Part shown: positions 23,494-32,000 of the stretch, one piece after another
Position numbering within the stretch: the first letter of the stretch is position 1
Layout of the letters: each line of letters begins with the position of its first letter
DNA from: Nitrosospira multiformis ATCC 25196
GTDB taxonomy: Bacteria; Pseudomonadota; Gammaproteobacteria; Burkholderiales; Nitrosomonadaceae
DNA: 32,000 bases
NCBI RefSeq assembly: GCF_000196355.1
Contig: NC_007614.1
Location: 60,001 to 92,000, forward strand
Direction of reading: 5' to 3'
Position numbers and translations under genes: made by a program
Notes under the pieces: generated by a model
Database searches by the model: none
The model's input: the letters and a program-made list of their open reading frames with translations, nothing else
What the model was told of the DNA's origin: nothing

Positions 23494-24150
23494 GTGATGA
23501 ATAACTGGAAGGACTGGAGAAGGCACCAGCGCGCGGAACTGATGGCGGCCAGGGAATGCATAGGCGAAGCCGACCATCTTCGCTGGAGCGCTGCCATCAC
23601 CGAGCTGCTGAAACAAGGCTTTCTCGCGCTACGGACACGTACTGTGGGGTTTTGCTGGCCTCATCGAGGCGAATATGATCCCCGTCCGCTCATGTTTTTT
23701 TTCCAGACCAGGGGCGCCACGCTTGCACTCCCCGAGGTAGTGAATAAACATGAGCCCCTCCGTTTCCGCAAGTGGTGGCAGGAAGCCCCCATGAAAATCG
23801 GCGCCTATGATATTCCGGTACCAGACAATACCGATCTGGTAACAGTGGATGCCCTGATCATCCCCATGATCGGTTTCGACAAATTTGGCTTTCGCCTGGG
23901 GTACGGCAGCGGTTATTTCGATCGTACGCTAGCCGTCATGAAGCCCCGTCCGCTCGCTATCGGTGTTGCGTTCGAAATTCTTCGCCTGGAAAGTTTGCAC
24001 CCTCACGCACATGATATTCCCATGGATTTCGTTGTCACCGAGGCGGGAATTTATCATGCAACCCGCACGGGATTGAAACCCGTTTCTGCTGGCCAATGCC
24101 CCGATATTCTTACCGCGAGGGCAGGAGAAATCAAGGAGACCCAAGGATAG
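23494..24150 (+). CDS. 5-formyltetrahydrofolate cyclo-ligase
   Basis: It carries the GFDKFGFRLGYGSGYFDRTL motif. The start is either the GTG at 23494 or the ATG at 23497. Confidence 0.85.
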   Translation: MMNNWKDWRRHQRAELMAARECIGEADHLRWSAAITELLKQGFLALRTRTVGFCWPHRGEYDPRPLMFFFQTRGATLALPEVVNKHEPLRFRKWWQEAPMKIGAYDIPVPDNTDLVTVDALIIPMIGFDKFGFRLGYGSGYFDRTLAVMKPRPLAIGVAFEILRLESLHPHAHDIPMDFVVTEAGIYHATRTGLKPVSAGQCPDILTARAGEIKETQG

Positions 24151-24181
24151 TTCATCGGCACGAAAATTCGCCGAGTCGAAT

Positions 24182-24817
24182 TCAATCCACCGTACTTTCT
24201 TCGCCCCAGCGCGGCATGAGCGTATGAGCGACTCCCACATGATCGAGGATACGCGCCACTACAAAATCCACCATGCCGTGGATGTCCCGCGGGTGGTGAT
24301 AGAAGCCGGGATTGGGCGGCAGGATTATTGCGCCGCTACGCGCCAGCTTCAGCATATTTTCGAGGTGAATGGCGGAAAAGGGAGTCTCCCGGGGTACGAG
24401 GATGAGCTTCCGGTTTTCCTTCAGCATTACGTCCGCTGAACGTTCGATCAGCTTTTGACTCATTCCTGCGGCAATTGCAGCAAGCGTACCCATGGTGCAG
24501 GGGCAAACCACCATTGCGTCAGCCGGGTTGGAGCCGGAGGCAACCGGAGCCAACCAATCCTCCCGTCCGAACACGCGTAACTGGCCCTGTTCAGTACTGA
24601 AACGCCGGCGCAACAGCTCCTCCGCTTCCCTGGCACGGGAAGGCAATACCAGCTCCATTTCCTGATGAGCTACGATCTGCGCTGCCTGGGAATACATCAG
24701 GTAGACGCGAGTGCCGGCTGCGAGCAACAGTTCCAGCAAACGCATGCCATAGGGCATGCCGGATGCCCCGGTAAAAGCAAGCGTGACAGTTTTTGATGTA
24801 CTGGCGCGGGAATTCAA
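24182..24817 (-). CDS. ubiX: flavin prenyltransferase UbiX
   Basis: LAFTGASG...VVCPCTMGTLAAIA...LVPRETP motifs. Confidence 0.9.
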   Translation of the reverse strand: MNSRASTSKTVTLAFTGASGMPYGMRLLELLLAAGTRVYLMYSQAAQIVAHQEMELVLPSRAREAEELLRRRFSTEQGQLRVFGREDWLAPVASGSNPADAMVVCPCTMGTLAAIAAGMSQKLIERSADVMLKENRKLILVPRETPFSAIHLENMLKLARSGAIILPPNPGFYHHPRDIHGMVDFVVARILDHVGVAHTLMPRWGEESTVD

Positions 24818-24904
24818 TGTCTGGAAATAGATAAGGAATCGGCGCCGACCGGGAATGCCCTGTTCGCCGAAAGGGTTGCAATGTTACAGGGGGAGAATGG
24901 CTTT

Positions 24905-25744
24905 TTATGCATTCAATTCCCGATGCCGTACCAGAACCTGGTTGTTTTCCGTAAAATAACGTGCCAACCGCTCCACGAAATAAACGGAACGATGCCGTCC
25001 TCCAGTGCAGCCGATCGCTACCGTGAGGTAATTGCGGTTATCGCGGATGAAACAGGGCAACCAGTCATCGACGAATCGGCGGATATCCTCGAACATGCGA
25101 TTCACGCTGCTGTTTGCGTCCATGTATTCGATCACGGCGCCATCCTTTCCCGTCAAAGGTCGCAGAAGGGCCTCATAGTGGGGATTGGGAAGGCAGCGAA
25201 CATCGAACACCATATCGGAATCCAGCGGGATGCCGTGCTTGAAGCCAAAAGATTGGAACAGCAGCGTCAGGCGACCGGGTTCCAGCCCGATGAAATCCCT
25301 TATCCAGGCTCGCAGCGAGCTCGCGCTCAAGTCACTGGTATCGATGCGGTTCGCCAGATCATGAATTTCACGCAACATCTCGCGTTCCATCTCTATGCAT
25401 TCCGGCAGGGTGGATTGATTGTCACTGAGTGGGTGACGGCGGCGAGTTTCGGAAAAACGCTTCAACAGCGTATCCGTTTTGGTGTCGAGAAACAACAGAT
25501 GGATATCCATTTTCTGCCGCCTCAAGTCGGCCAACCGTTGTGGCAAGAGATGCAAGGTTTCGCGGCTTCTGGCGTCAATGCTGACGGCGACGCGCTCATG
25601 GCCGGATTGCTTCAAATAAACCGTCACCTCCAGCAGCAGGTTGGCCGGAAGGTTGTCAACGCAATAGTAGCCGTTATCTTCCAGAACGGTAAGCGCGATG
25701 CTCTTGCCGGAGCCTGACAGGCCGCTGATGACGATCACCTGCAT
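24905..25744 (-). CDS. rapZ: RNase adapter protein RapZ
   Basis: It has the [19 protein letters not shown]-terminus and C-terminal [12 protein letters not shown]. Confidence 0.92.
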
Positions 25745-25830
25745 AGATTCAAATCGTACCGGATGAGAATATCCGTGAGCAGAAAGGCAGGGAGGGACGA
25801 GAAGGTTTTAACTCTGTTTTCGCCCACGTG

Positions 25831-26817
25831 TTATGTTTGCCCGTTCTCGAGTTCCTGTTGATGGCGCGCGAAAAATTCCTGACCGCTGTCTATGCCGCGT
25901 AACTGCAAAACATAGTTTCGTACCGCCGCTTCTACCAGGACAGCGAGGTTTCGGCCGGCGGCAACCGGAATGATGACTTTCCGGATGTTGACATCCAGGA
26001 TATTCTCAGTGACATCATTGATCGGCAGCCGTTCCATTGCATTGAGATCAGCGCTGTTGGGTTTCTGCAAGTGAACGATGAGTTTCATGTTTTTTTTGCG
26101 CCGTACCGCCGCTTCGCCAAAAATCGTTCGAATATTCAGCATTCCCAGTCCCCGCACTTCGAGAAAATCGCGCAGCATGGGTGGGCAGCGCCCTTCGAGC
26201 GTTTCCGGTGCAATGCGATAGAGCTCCACCACATCATCCGCCACCAATCCATGTCCGCGGCTCACCAGTTCCAGCGCCAATTCGCTCTTGCCGACACTGC
26301 TCTCGCCGGTAATCATTACGCCGAGCCCAAGAACGTCGAGCAATACGCCATGCCTGCTGCAGGAAGGAGCAAGGACCCGTCCGAGATAGGGGCGTAATAT
26401 CCAGAGGATCTCGAGACTGGAGTAGGGTGTACAGAAGAGAGGGGTACGCGTGGAATCCGCCAGGGACTTTATGGAATCCGGAACACATGCGCCCGCCGTA
26501 ACAATGATGCATAGCATATCGCTTTCGGCAAGCCTGCGCATATGTTGTTCGAGGGAAGCAGGATCGAGCGCGTTGAGATATTCGGCCTCGGTTTCGCTCA
26601 ATACCTGAATCCAGTTGGGATGGATGAAATTGAGGTGTCCGATCATCCCCTGCGTCGAACGCGCGATCGCTTCATTATCGAGACTTCTGTCGCCTCCATC
26701 CCGCCCTGCTTCCCAGGTGAGACCCAGTTTCTGGCGTTTTTCCTCGAAAAGCTGTCTGGCGTCGATTCCGACCATCTGGTTGAATGCCTCCTGATTATCA
26801 GGATTGGGAAAAATCAT
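25831..26817 (-). CDS. hprK: HPr kinase/phosphorylase
   Basis: It has the GESSVGKSELALELV P-loop and LEVRGLG motifs. Confidence 0.9.
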   Translation of the reverse strand: MIFPNPDNQEAFNQMVGIDARQLFEEKRQKLGLTWEAGRDGGDRSLDNEAIARSTQGMIGHLNFIHPNWIQVLSETEAEYLNALDPASLEQHMRRLAESDMLCIIVTAGACVPDSIKSLADSTRTPLFCTPYSSLEILWILRPYLGRVLAPSCSRHGVLLDVLGLGVMITGESSVGKSELALELVSRGHGLVADDVVELYRIAPETLEGRCPPMLRDFLEVRGLGMLNIRTIFGEAAVRRKKNMKLIVHLQKPNSADLNAMERLPINDVTENILDVNIRKVIIPVAAGRNLAVLVEAAVRNYVLQLRGIDSGQEFFARHQQELENGQT

Positions 26818-26951
26818 GAGCTTCTTCCCGGGAGTGCCGAAACAAATTCACGGTTTCGGAGCGAGAAGCGGTGCTGAGCCCGTATTGGTGCAGAGCCCTT
26901 TATCGTTGCTCCACCTGATCTTTGGTTCAAATTGCCCTGATCCGGAATTTC

Positions 26952-27254
26952 TTAAACGGTATCCGTGCGTTGGCTTTCATTTTTCTCCTTGCGGCGGACC
27001 AGCTGGCGCTCGAGTTTATCAACGAGATCATCTATGGAAGCGTACATGTCCGTGCTGTCCGCCTCGACAAAAATATCGTTGCCAGGGACTCGCGCCAGCG
27101 CCTCCGCCTTGTGCTCCAACTTTTCCACGGAAAGGGTCACAGTGATATCCACAATCTGGTCGAAACGTTGAGTGATGCGGCTCAATTTGGAAACAACATA
27201 CTCGCGCAATGGAGGGGTGATTTCGACCTGCCGACCTGTGACATGGATGTTCAT
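26952..27254 (-). CDS. hpf: ribosome hibernation promoting factor (sigma54 modulation protein)
   Basis: It begins MNIHVTGRQVEITPPLREYV and lies downstream of rpoN. Confidence 0.9.
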   Translation of the reverse strand: MNIHVTGRQVEITPPLREYVVSKLSRITQRFDQIVDITVTLSVEKLEHKAEALARVPGNDIFVEADSTDMYASIDDLVDKLERQLVRRKEKNESQRTDTV

Positions 27255-27280
27255 TTGTGGCTCCTATGAAATGACTGTGG

Positions 27281-28747
27281 TTAAAACGATTTCCGAAGAT
27301 TGACGGAAGGAATTTGCAAGGACTCCCGATATTTTGCTACGGTACGGCGAGCAACCATGATACCCTGCTGCCCCAGGACCTCCGAGATCTGACTGTCGCT
27401 GAGCGGCTTCCTCGAGTTTTCCTCACTGATCATTTGCTTGATCAGCGCGCGAATGGCAGTGGCGGAGCAAGCGCCACCACTATCCGTTGATACGTGGCTC
27501 CCAAAAAAATACTTCAATTCGAAAATGCCGCGCGGCGTGCGCATGAATTTCTGCGTGGTAACCCGCGAAATGGTGGACTCGTGCAGATTCAGCACGTCGG
27601 CGATTTCCCGCAGTATCATCGGACGCATCGCAACTGCTCCATGCTCGAAAAACTGCTGCTGGCGTTCCACAATGGCTGCCGATGCCTTGAGGATGGTGTT
27701 GAAACGCTGTTGTACGTTCTTTACCAGCCATTTTGCTTCCTGCAATTGGCTGATCAGCCGACGGGTAGAGTCGTCATTGCATCCTTTCAGGATCTCCGCA
27801 TAGAGCCGGTTGATCCTGAGACGCGGCATGGCTTCCGGATTAAGGCTGGCTACCCAGGAACCGCCGACTTTGGTCACGATGACGTCGGGCACGATGTAGC
27901 AGGCGACTGTGGAGCTGAAGGCCGTGGCCGGTCTCGGATTCAGTCGCGTTATCATCTGCTGGACAGAGCGAAGACAGTCGTCGTTGCAGTGCAGCACCCG
28001 CTTGATGGCGCCAAAGTCCCGGGATGCCAGACTTTCAAGATGGTTGTTCACCAGCGCCAATGCCTGCTCCAGATAGGGCGTATCGGGTGGGAGCGCCTGC
28101 AGTTGCATGACGAGGCATTCTCTCAAGTTGCGCGCACCGATGCCGGGGGGATCCAAGTGCTGCAAATGTTCGAGGGCAATGTGCAGGTCGTCGATATCTA
28201 TTGACAGCTCGGCGGGCAACAGATCGACCAATTCTTCCAGGTCCTGGACAAGATAGCCATCATCATCCAGGCTGTCGATCAGTAATCCGGTGATCTTTCT
28301 ATCCCGCTGGGAGATCTGGCTCAGGCTGAGTTGCGAGTTGAGGTGGGCACGGAGATTCGGAGGTTCCACCGCTTGCTGTGGAATATCACGTTCGTCCTCA
28401 TCGTCCCGGTAGGGCCGAAAAACGCTGTCATCCGGCGGCCACTCCCGCTCGTCAAGCGGTTGCTTCACATCGGTTTCTGCTTCGACGGAGAGAATAGGGA
28501 GGCTTTCCTCGGCAACCTCCAGCTCGTTTGGCAACGGTGCGGCCAACTCCTCCGGTATGAGGCTATGATAATCGGTACTGTCGTTGCCGAGGCTGTCATC
28601 AAGTTCCAGAAGGGGATTCTCCTGTACGATGCGCTCTATTTCCTGGTTCAACTCTATCGTGGAGAGTTGCAATAACCGGATGGACTGCTGCAATTGCGGC
28701 GTAAGCGCCAGATGTTGCGACAGCTTGACTTGAAGAGTTGGTTTCAT
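27281..28747 (-). CDS. rpoN: RNA polymerase sigma-54 factor
   Basis: It has an N-terminal glutamine-rich region and the C-terminal RpoN box ARRTVAKYR. Confidence 0.95.
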   Translation of the reverse strand: MKPTLQVKLSQHLALTPQLQQSIRLLQLSTIELNQEIERIVQENPLLELDDSLGNDSTDYHSLIPEELAAPLPNELEVAEESLPILSVEAETDVKQPLDEREWPPDDSVFRPYRDDEDERDIPQQAVEPPNLRAHLNSQLSLSQISQRDRKITGLLIDSLDDDGYLVQDLEELVDLLPAELSIDIDDLHIALEHLQHLDPPGIGARNLRECLVMQLQALPPDTPYLEQALALVNNHLESLASRDFGAIKRVLHCNDDCLRSVQQMITRLNPRPATAFSSTVACYIVPDVIVTKVGGSWVASLNPEAMPRLRINRLYAEILKGCNDDSTRRLISQLQEAKWLVKNVQQRFNTILKASAAIVERQQQFFEHGAVAMRPMILREIADVLNLHESTISRVTTQKFMRTPRGIFELKYFFGSHVSTDSGGACSATAIRALIKQMISEENSRKPLSDSQISEVLGQQGIMVARRTVAKYRESLQIPSVNLRKSF

Positions 28748-28797
28748 ATTGGAAAAACAACGATAAAGCCGATTTCAGGTAAGGCGAAGCTTTATTT

Positions 28798-29604
28798 TCA
28801 AAGGCGGAAATGTTCTCCCAGATAGACTTTTCTCACGTTTTCATTATAAATGATTTCGTCTGGACTGCCGCTCGCCAGCACCCTGCCGTCGCTTATGATA
28901 AAGGCATGGTCACAGATTCCTAATGTTTCCCGTACATTATGGTCGGTGATCAGCACACCGATGCCCCGCTCCTTCAGAAAGCGGATAATTTTCTGGATGT
29001 CCAGCACGGCAATGGGATCCACTCCGGCAAACGGCTCGTCCAGCAAGATGAAATGGGGTCCTGTCGCCAGCGCACGGGCAATTTCGACGCGCCGACGTTC
29101 CCCGCCCGATAAACTGATGGCCGGACTGTTGCGTATATGACTGATATGCAGATCATGCAGTAAATTGTCGAGATGCTGCTGCATCTCGTCAGCCCCATGG
29201 TTTTTCAATTCCAGTACAGCGCGAATATTGTCGGCTACCGAGAGTCGCCTGAAAATCGAAGCTTCCTGTGGCAGATAACTCAAACCAAGGCGCGCGCGCT
29301 CATGCATGGGCATCTGGCTGAGGTCAAGCTCATCGAGGACGATGCTGCCCCCATCCAGCGGGACAAGGCCCACCATCATGTAAAAACAGGTGGTCTTGCC
29401 TGCGCCATTGGGACCCAGCAAGCCGACAACCTCTCCGCTTTTAACCGAAAGAGAAACATCATGCACCACCGTGCGCGACTTGTAGCTTTTTTTCAGATTT
29501 TCCGCCCTGAATTCACTTCTCTTTCCTGAGGAAACCAGGGGAGCTTCGGGGGCTTGGGAAGCATGATCGGCATGGCCGCGGGCTGAAGAGAGGGGAAGTT
29601 CCAT
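28798..29604 (-). CDS. lptB: LPS export ABC transporter ATP-binding protein
   Basis: It has Walker [10 protein letters not shown] and the signature LSGGERRR, and it sits in lptCAB-rpoN synteny. Confidence 0.93.
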   Translation of the reverse strand: MELPLSSARGHADHASQAPEAPLVSSGKRSEFRAENLKKSYKSRTVVHDVSLSVKSGEVVGLLGPNGAGKTTCFYMMVGLVPLDGGSIVLDELDLSQMPMHERARLGLSYLPQEASIFRRLSVADNIRAVLELKNHGADEMQQHLDNLLHDLHISHIRNSPAISLSGGERRRVEIARALATGPHFILLDEPFAGVDPIAVLDIQKIIRFLKERGIGVLITDHNVRETLGICDHAFIISDGRVLASGSPDEIIYNENVRKVYLGEHFRL

Positions 29605-29616
29605 AATGATGTTCGT

Positions 29617-30189
29617 TTATGAATTGTCTGCCTCGGGTTTGGGCTCCTTCTTTTTGGGCTGTATCACCGCTCGCACCCTGCCCTCCGAATGGGTTTGGGT
29701 GCTCGTTCCACCCTCGCCATTTACCTGGAAGAATTCGTTGACTGCGTCATAGGAAATATAATCCCCATGAACTTCATCCTTTCCGCGCCTCAACCTTGCT
29801 TTCTTGAAAAGCTGAACCTTGTCGGCCTTGCCATCGTATTCCATACGCTCGCTCCAGCCCTCCACGTATTCATCCTTGCCATCGCGCTTCTGGCGAAAAC
29901 TGGCAAGATTGCCGAATGCAGTGGCATATTGAAAACCGTTGGCGTCTTCCTTCACTGTCATCTTATCCGCGCGAATAATCAGTGTTCCCTGTGTCAGTAC
30001 GACATTGCCGATAAAGGTAGCCAGCTTGTTGGCATCCTGCACGGTGGCACGGTCGGCCTCCAGATGCACAGGCTTCTCGCTGTCGGCCCGCTCGGCCCGA
30101 ACCGGTGCGCTGAAGAGCATTACAGCGAGAAAAGCGACAGATAGGGGTTTCATGGGAGCAGTAAAAGAGAACCTAGCGTTTCTTGTCAT
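29617..30189 (-). CDS. lptA: LPS transport periplasmic protein LptA
   Basis: OstA-like sequence with a signal peptide (MKPLSVAFLAVMLFSAPVRA). The alternative start is at 30153. Confidence 0.85.
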   Translation of the reverse strand: MTRNARFSFTAPMKPLSVAFLAVMLFSAPVRAERADSEKPVHLEADRATVQDANKLATFIGNVVLTQGTLIIRADKMTVKEDANGFQYATAFGNLASFRQKRDGKDEYVEGWSERMEYDGKADKVQLFKKARLRRGKDEVHGDYISYDAVNEFFQVNGEGGTSTQTHSEGRVRAVIQPKKKEPKPEADNS

Positions 30190-30745
30190 GCACGACCTTT
30201 ACCTGCGACAACAATTCCGTGTGGCCCGTACGATTGTTCATTTCCATTCCAATCGCTCTGATAGTGGCGTTTGTTTCAGTTATCTCCACGGGCTTGTCCG
30301 TTCGCGCAATGTCCTGGTCCGGAATGAGATGCAGCAGACTGGTTGTCAAGATTGTTTCACCGCGGCCTTTACCCGCGTTTCGGACGATCACCACATTGCC
30401 ACTCAAATAAATGTCTTCGCCCTCGGCAGACATCTTCGCATTATCCGCCTGCAGTTGTACTGAAGGTTTACCGGGTTCGATAGTAATTAAGCGGGGTTGT
30501 TCCAGCTCAGCCGAATCATCGTCGGGATAATGCACCATTTTTTTTCCGAGAAGCATTTTGTATCCCGCGTCGTTCTCATCCGTGCGAATGGCAGAAAAAT
30601 CTTCCACAACATAGTCAGGCGCCCGTACCGATATGCTCTCCGGCGCAAGCAAAGGTGTGGGCCCGTCCTGATTCAGCAGGGTTAGCAATGATGCAAACAG
30701 GGCTACTATAACGAAAAGGAATCCGAAGCGAAGGTGACCCATCAT
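30173..30745 (-). CDS. lptC: LPS export system protein LptC
   Basis: It has a single N-terminal TM anchor and the expected position between kdsC and lptA. Confidence 0.85.
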   Translation of the reverse strand: MMGHLRFGFLFVIVALFASLLTLLNQDGPTPLLAPESISVRAPDYVVEDFSAIRTDENDAGYKMLLGKKMVHYPDDDSAELEQPRLITIEPGKPSVQLQADNAKMSAEGEDIYLSGNVVIVRNAGKGRGETILTTSLLHLIPDQDIARTDKPVEITETNATIRAIGMEMNNRTGHTELLSQVKVVHDKKR

Positions 30746-31266
30746 GTGAGATAAGTCGCAAGATGCGCGTCCAGCGTGTCCTGCGCCTGCATTATCATTT
30801 CGCAGATCTCGCGCGCCGCCCCTCGCCCTCCTTCCAGACGGGTGATATAGTGCGCGTGCTTTTTCACGAGGGCAGGGGCGGCAGGTACAGAGATGGCAAG
30901 ACCGCAGCGCAGCAGGATCGGCAGATCGATCAGATCATCTCCCACGTATGCACAGGCGGAGGCATCCAGGTGCTGGTCCTCAAGCAAGGCCTCGAATGCG
31001 GGAAGCTTGTTTTTTGCGCCTTGATAGACGAGGGTAACGCCCCAGTCCTTTGCCTTCAAATCCACACAGCGGGACTGACGGCCAGTGATAAGCGCCACCT
31101 TGACTCCCGTGGCCTTGAGCATTTTCAGGCCATGGCCATCCTGGCTGTTGAACGCTTTGATTTCCTCACCTCCGTCCGTGAGATAGAGGCTCCCGTCCGT
31201 GAGCACGCCATCCACATCGAAGATAACCATCGTGATCTTTCTTGCCTTTTCGTATATGTGTTGCAT
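30742..31266 (-). CDS. kdsC: 3-deoxy-D-manno-octulosonate 8-phosphate phosphatase
   Basis: It has HAD motifs (FDVDGVLTDG, GDDLIDL) and a 4-bp overlap with lptC. Confidence 0.9.
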   Translation of the reverse strand: MQHIYEKARKITMVIFDVDGVLTDGSLYLTDGGEEIKAFNSQDGHGLKMLKATGVKVALITGRQSRCVDLKAKDWGVTLVYQGAKNKLPAFEALLEDQHLDASACAYVGDDLIDLPILLRCGLAISVPAAPALVKKHAHYITRLEGGRGAAREICEMIMQAQDTLDAHLATYLT

Positions 31267-31487
31267 TTTGCTATGGGTTGAAACAGTCGGATCGAATGAA
31301 CTTGTAAAAACTCTGGAGCACCCTGCATGCGTATGAATGCCGAAACTCGGTGAGAAGTAGGAGATGAATACCGCAGCTACCCGCTGTGTCGTTGTGAGGT
31401 TGCCGCGTCAGCCCGAGCGGGCACTGATGGACGGAAGCAAGGTGTTTCCGATCTAAGGAAGTAAAACTATCCGATGAAAAGCCGTGA

Positions 31488-32000
31488 TCAGTTTCTTGGC
31501 AATGGGAACACCACTGACTCTACCACTCCTCTCAGCTCTTCCACCACCACTTCCCTTTCCGCTTGCTCTGACACGATTTGTCTGAGTCGCGAGATGACTT
31601 CCTGTACAAGCACTTCCGGCGCCGATGCCCCCGCGGTAATACCGATCCGCATTTTGCCTTTCAGCCAGGCTTCCTGCAATTGTTCCGCCCGGTCCAGCAT
31701 GTACGCGTCCACGCCGGCATTTCTCGCGACTTCACACAGACGGTTGGAGTTGGAGCTATTGGGCGAGCCCACCACAATCACGAGATCGCACTGCTTGACC
31801 ATCGTTTTTACCGCATCCTGCCGGTTCTGGGTGGCGTAACAGATATCATCCTTTTTGGGACCGAGGATATTGGGGAAACGGCCTTTCAGGGCCTGGATCA
31901 CCCGATTGGCATCATCCACGGACAAGGTGGTCTGGGTCACGTAAGCCAGGTGAGCCGGATCCTGCACCTGCAGTTTCTCGACATCCTCTTCTGTTTCCAC
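31488..32000 (-). CDS. ispH: 4-hydroxy-3-methylbut-2-enyl diphosphate reductase (C-terminal part; 5' end outside the window)
   Basis: The motifs YVTQTTLS...ICYATQNRQ...[13 protein letters not shown] are typical of IspH/LytB. The ORF runs off the window edge. Confidence 0.9.
   Translation of the reverse strand: METEEDVEKLQVQDPAHLAYVTQTTLSVDDANRVIQALKGRFPNILGPKKDDICYATQNRQDAVKTMVKQCDLVIVVGSPNSSNSNRLCEVARNAGVDAYMLDRAEQLQEAWLKGKMRIGITAGASAPEVLVQEVISRLRQIVSEQAEREVVVEELRGVVESVVFPLPRN

Overview
This window reads as a proteobacterial chromosome, probably betaproteobacterial judging by gene content and order (inference only). Conserved housekeeping genes occupy 14-454 (trxC) and about 11.1-32 kb: yicC, rph, rdgB, hemW, trmB, thiSG, tRNA-Gly(CCC), asmA-family, mutY, ubiX, rapZ, hprK, hpf, rpoN, lptBAC, kdsC and ispH. 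Between trxC and yicC lies a roughly 10.4-kb integrated island (about 626-11078) in which every gene is on the minus strand. Its gene order is: P4-type integrase, orf207, AlpA, orf77; then promoter and structured leader, orf143, orf91, primase Zn-ribbon protein, DUF3987 helicase and an iteron-flanked origin; then orf291, an S49 prohead-protease-like gene and orf201; and finally a small membrane protein. There is no terminase, portal, major capsid, tail, lysis or conjugation gene. I therefore read it as a phage-satellite-like (PICI/P4-like) element rather than a prophage or ICE. Four points in the island stand out. (1) The leader upstream of the replication operon carries a promoter, mutually exclusive antiterminator and terminator hairpins, and three copies of a bipartite motif (two sense, one antisense) arranged like the seqA/seqB/seqC RNA-immunity logic of P4. 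(2) A SaPI-style origin has ten 9-bp iterons around an AT-rich core, abutting the helicase stop codon. (3) A protease/scaffold-like gene is present with no capsid gene. (4) An IS2-group element with a clean 5-bp target duplication splits the terminal membrane-protein gene, whose 3' end can be reconstructed. Nothing was computed or searched; all family calls come from motifs I recognise in the translations.
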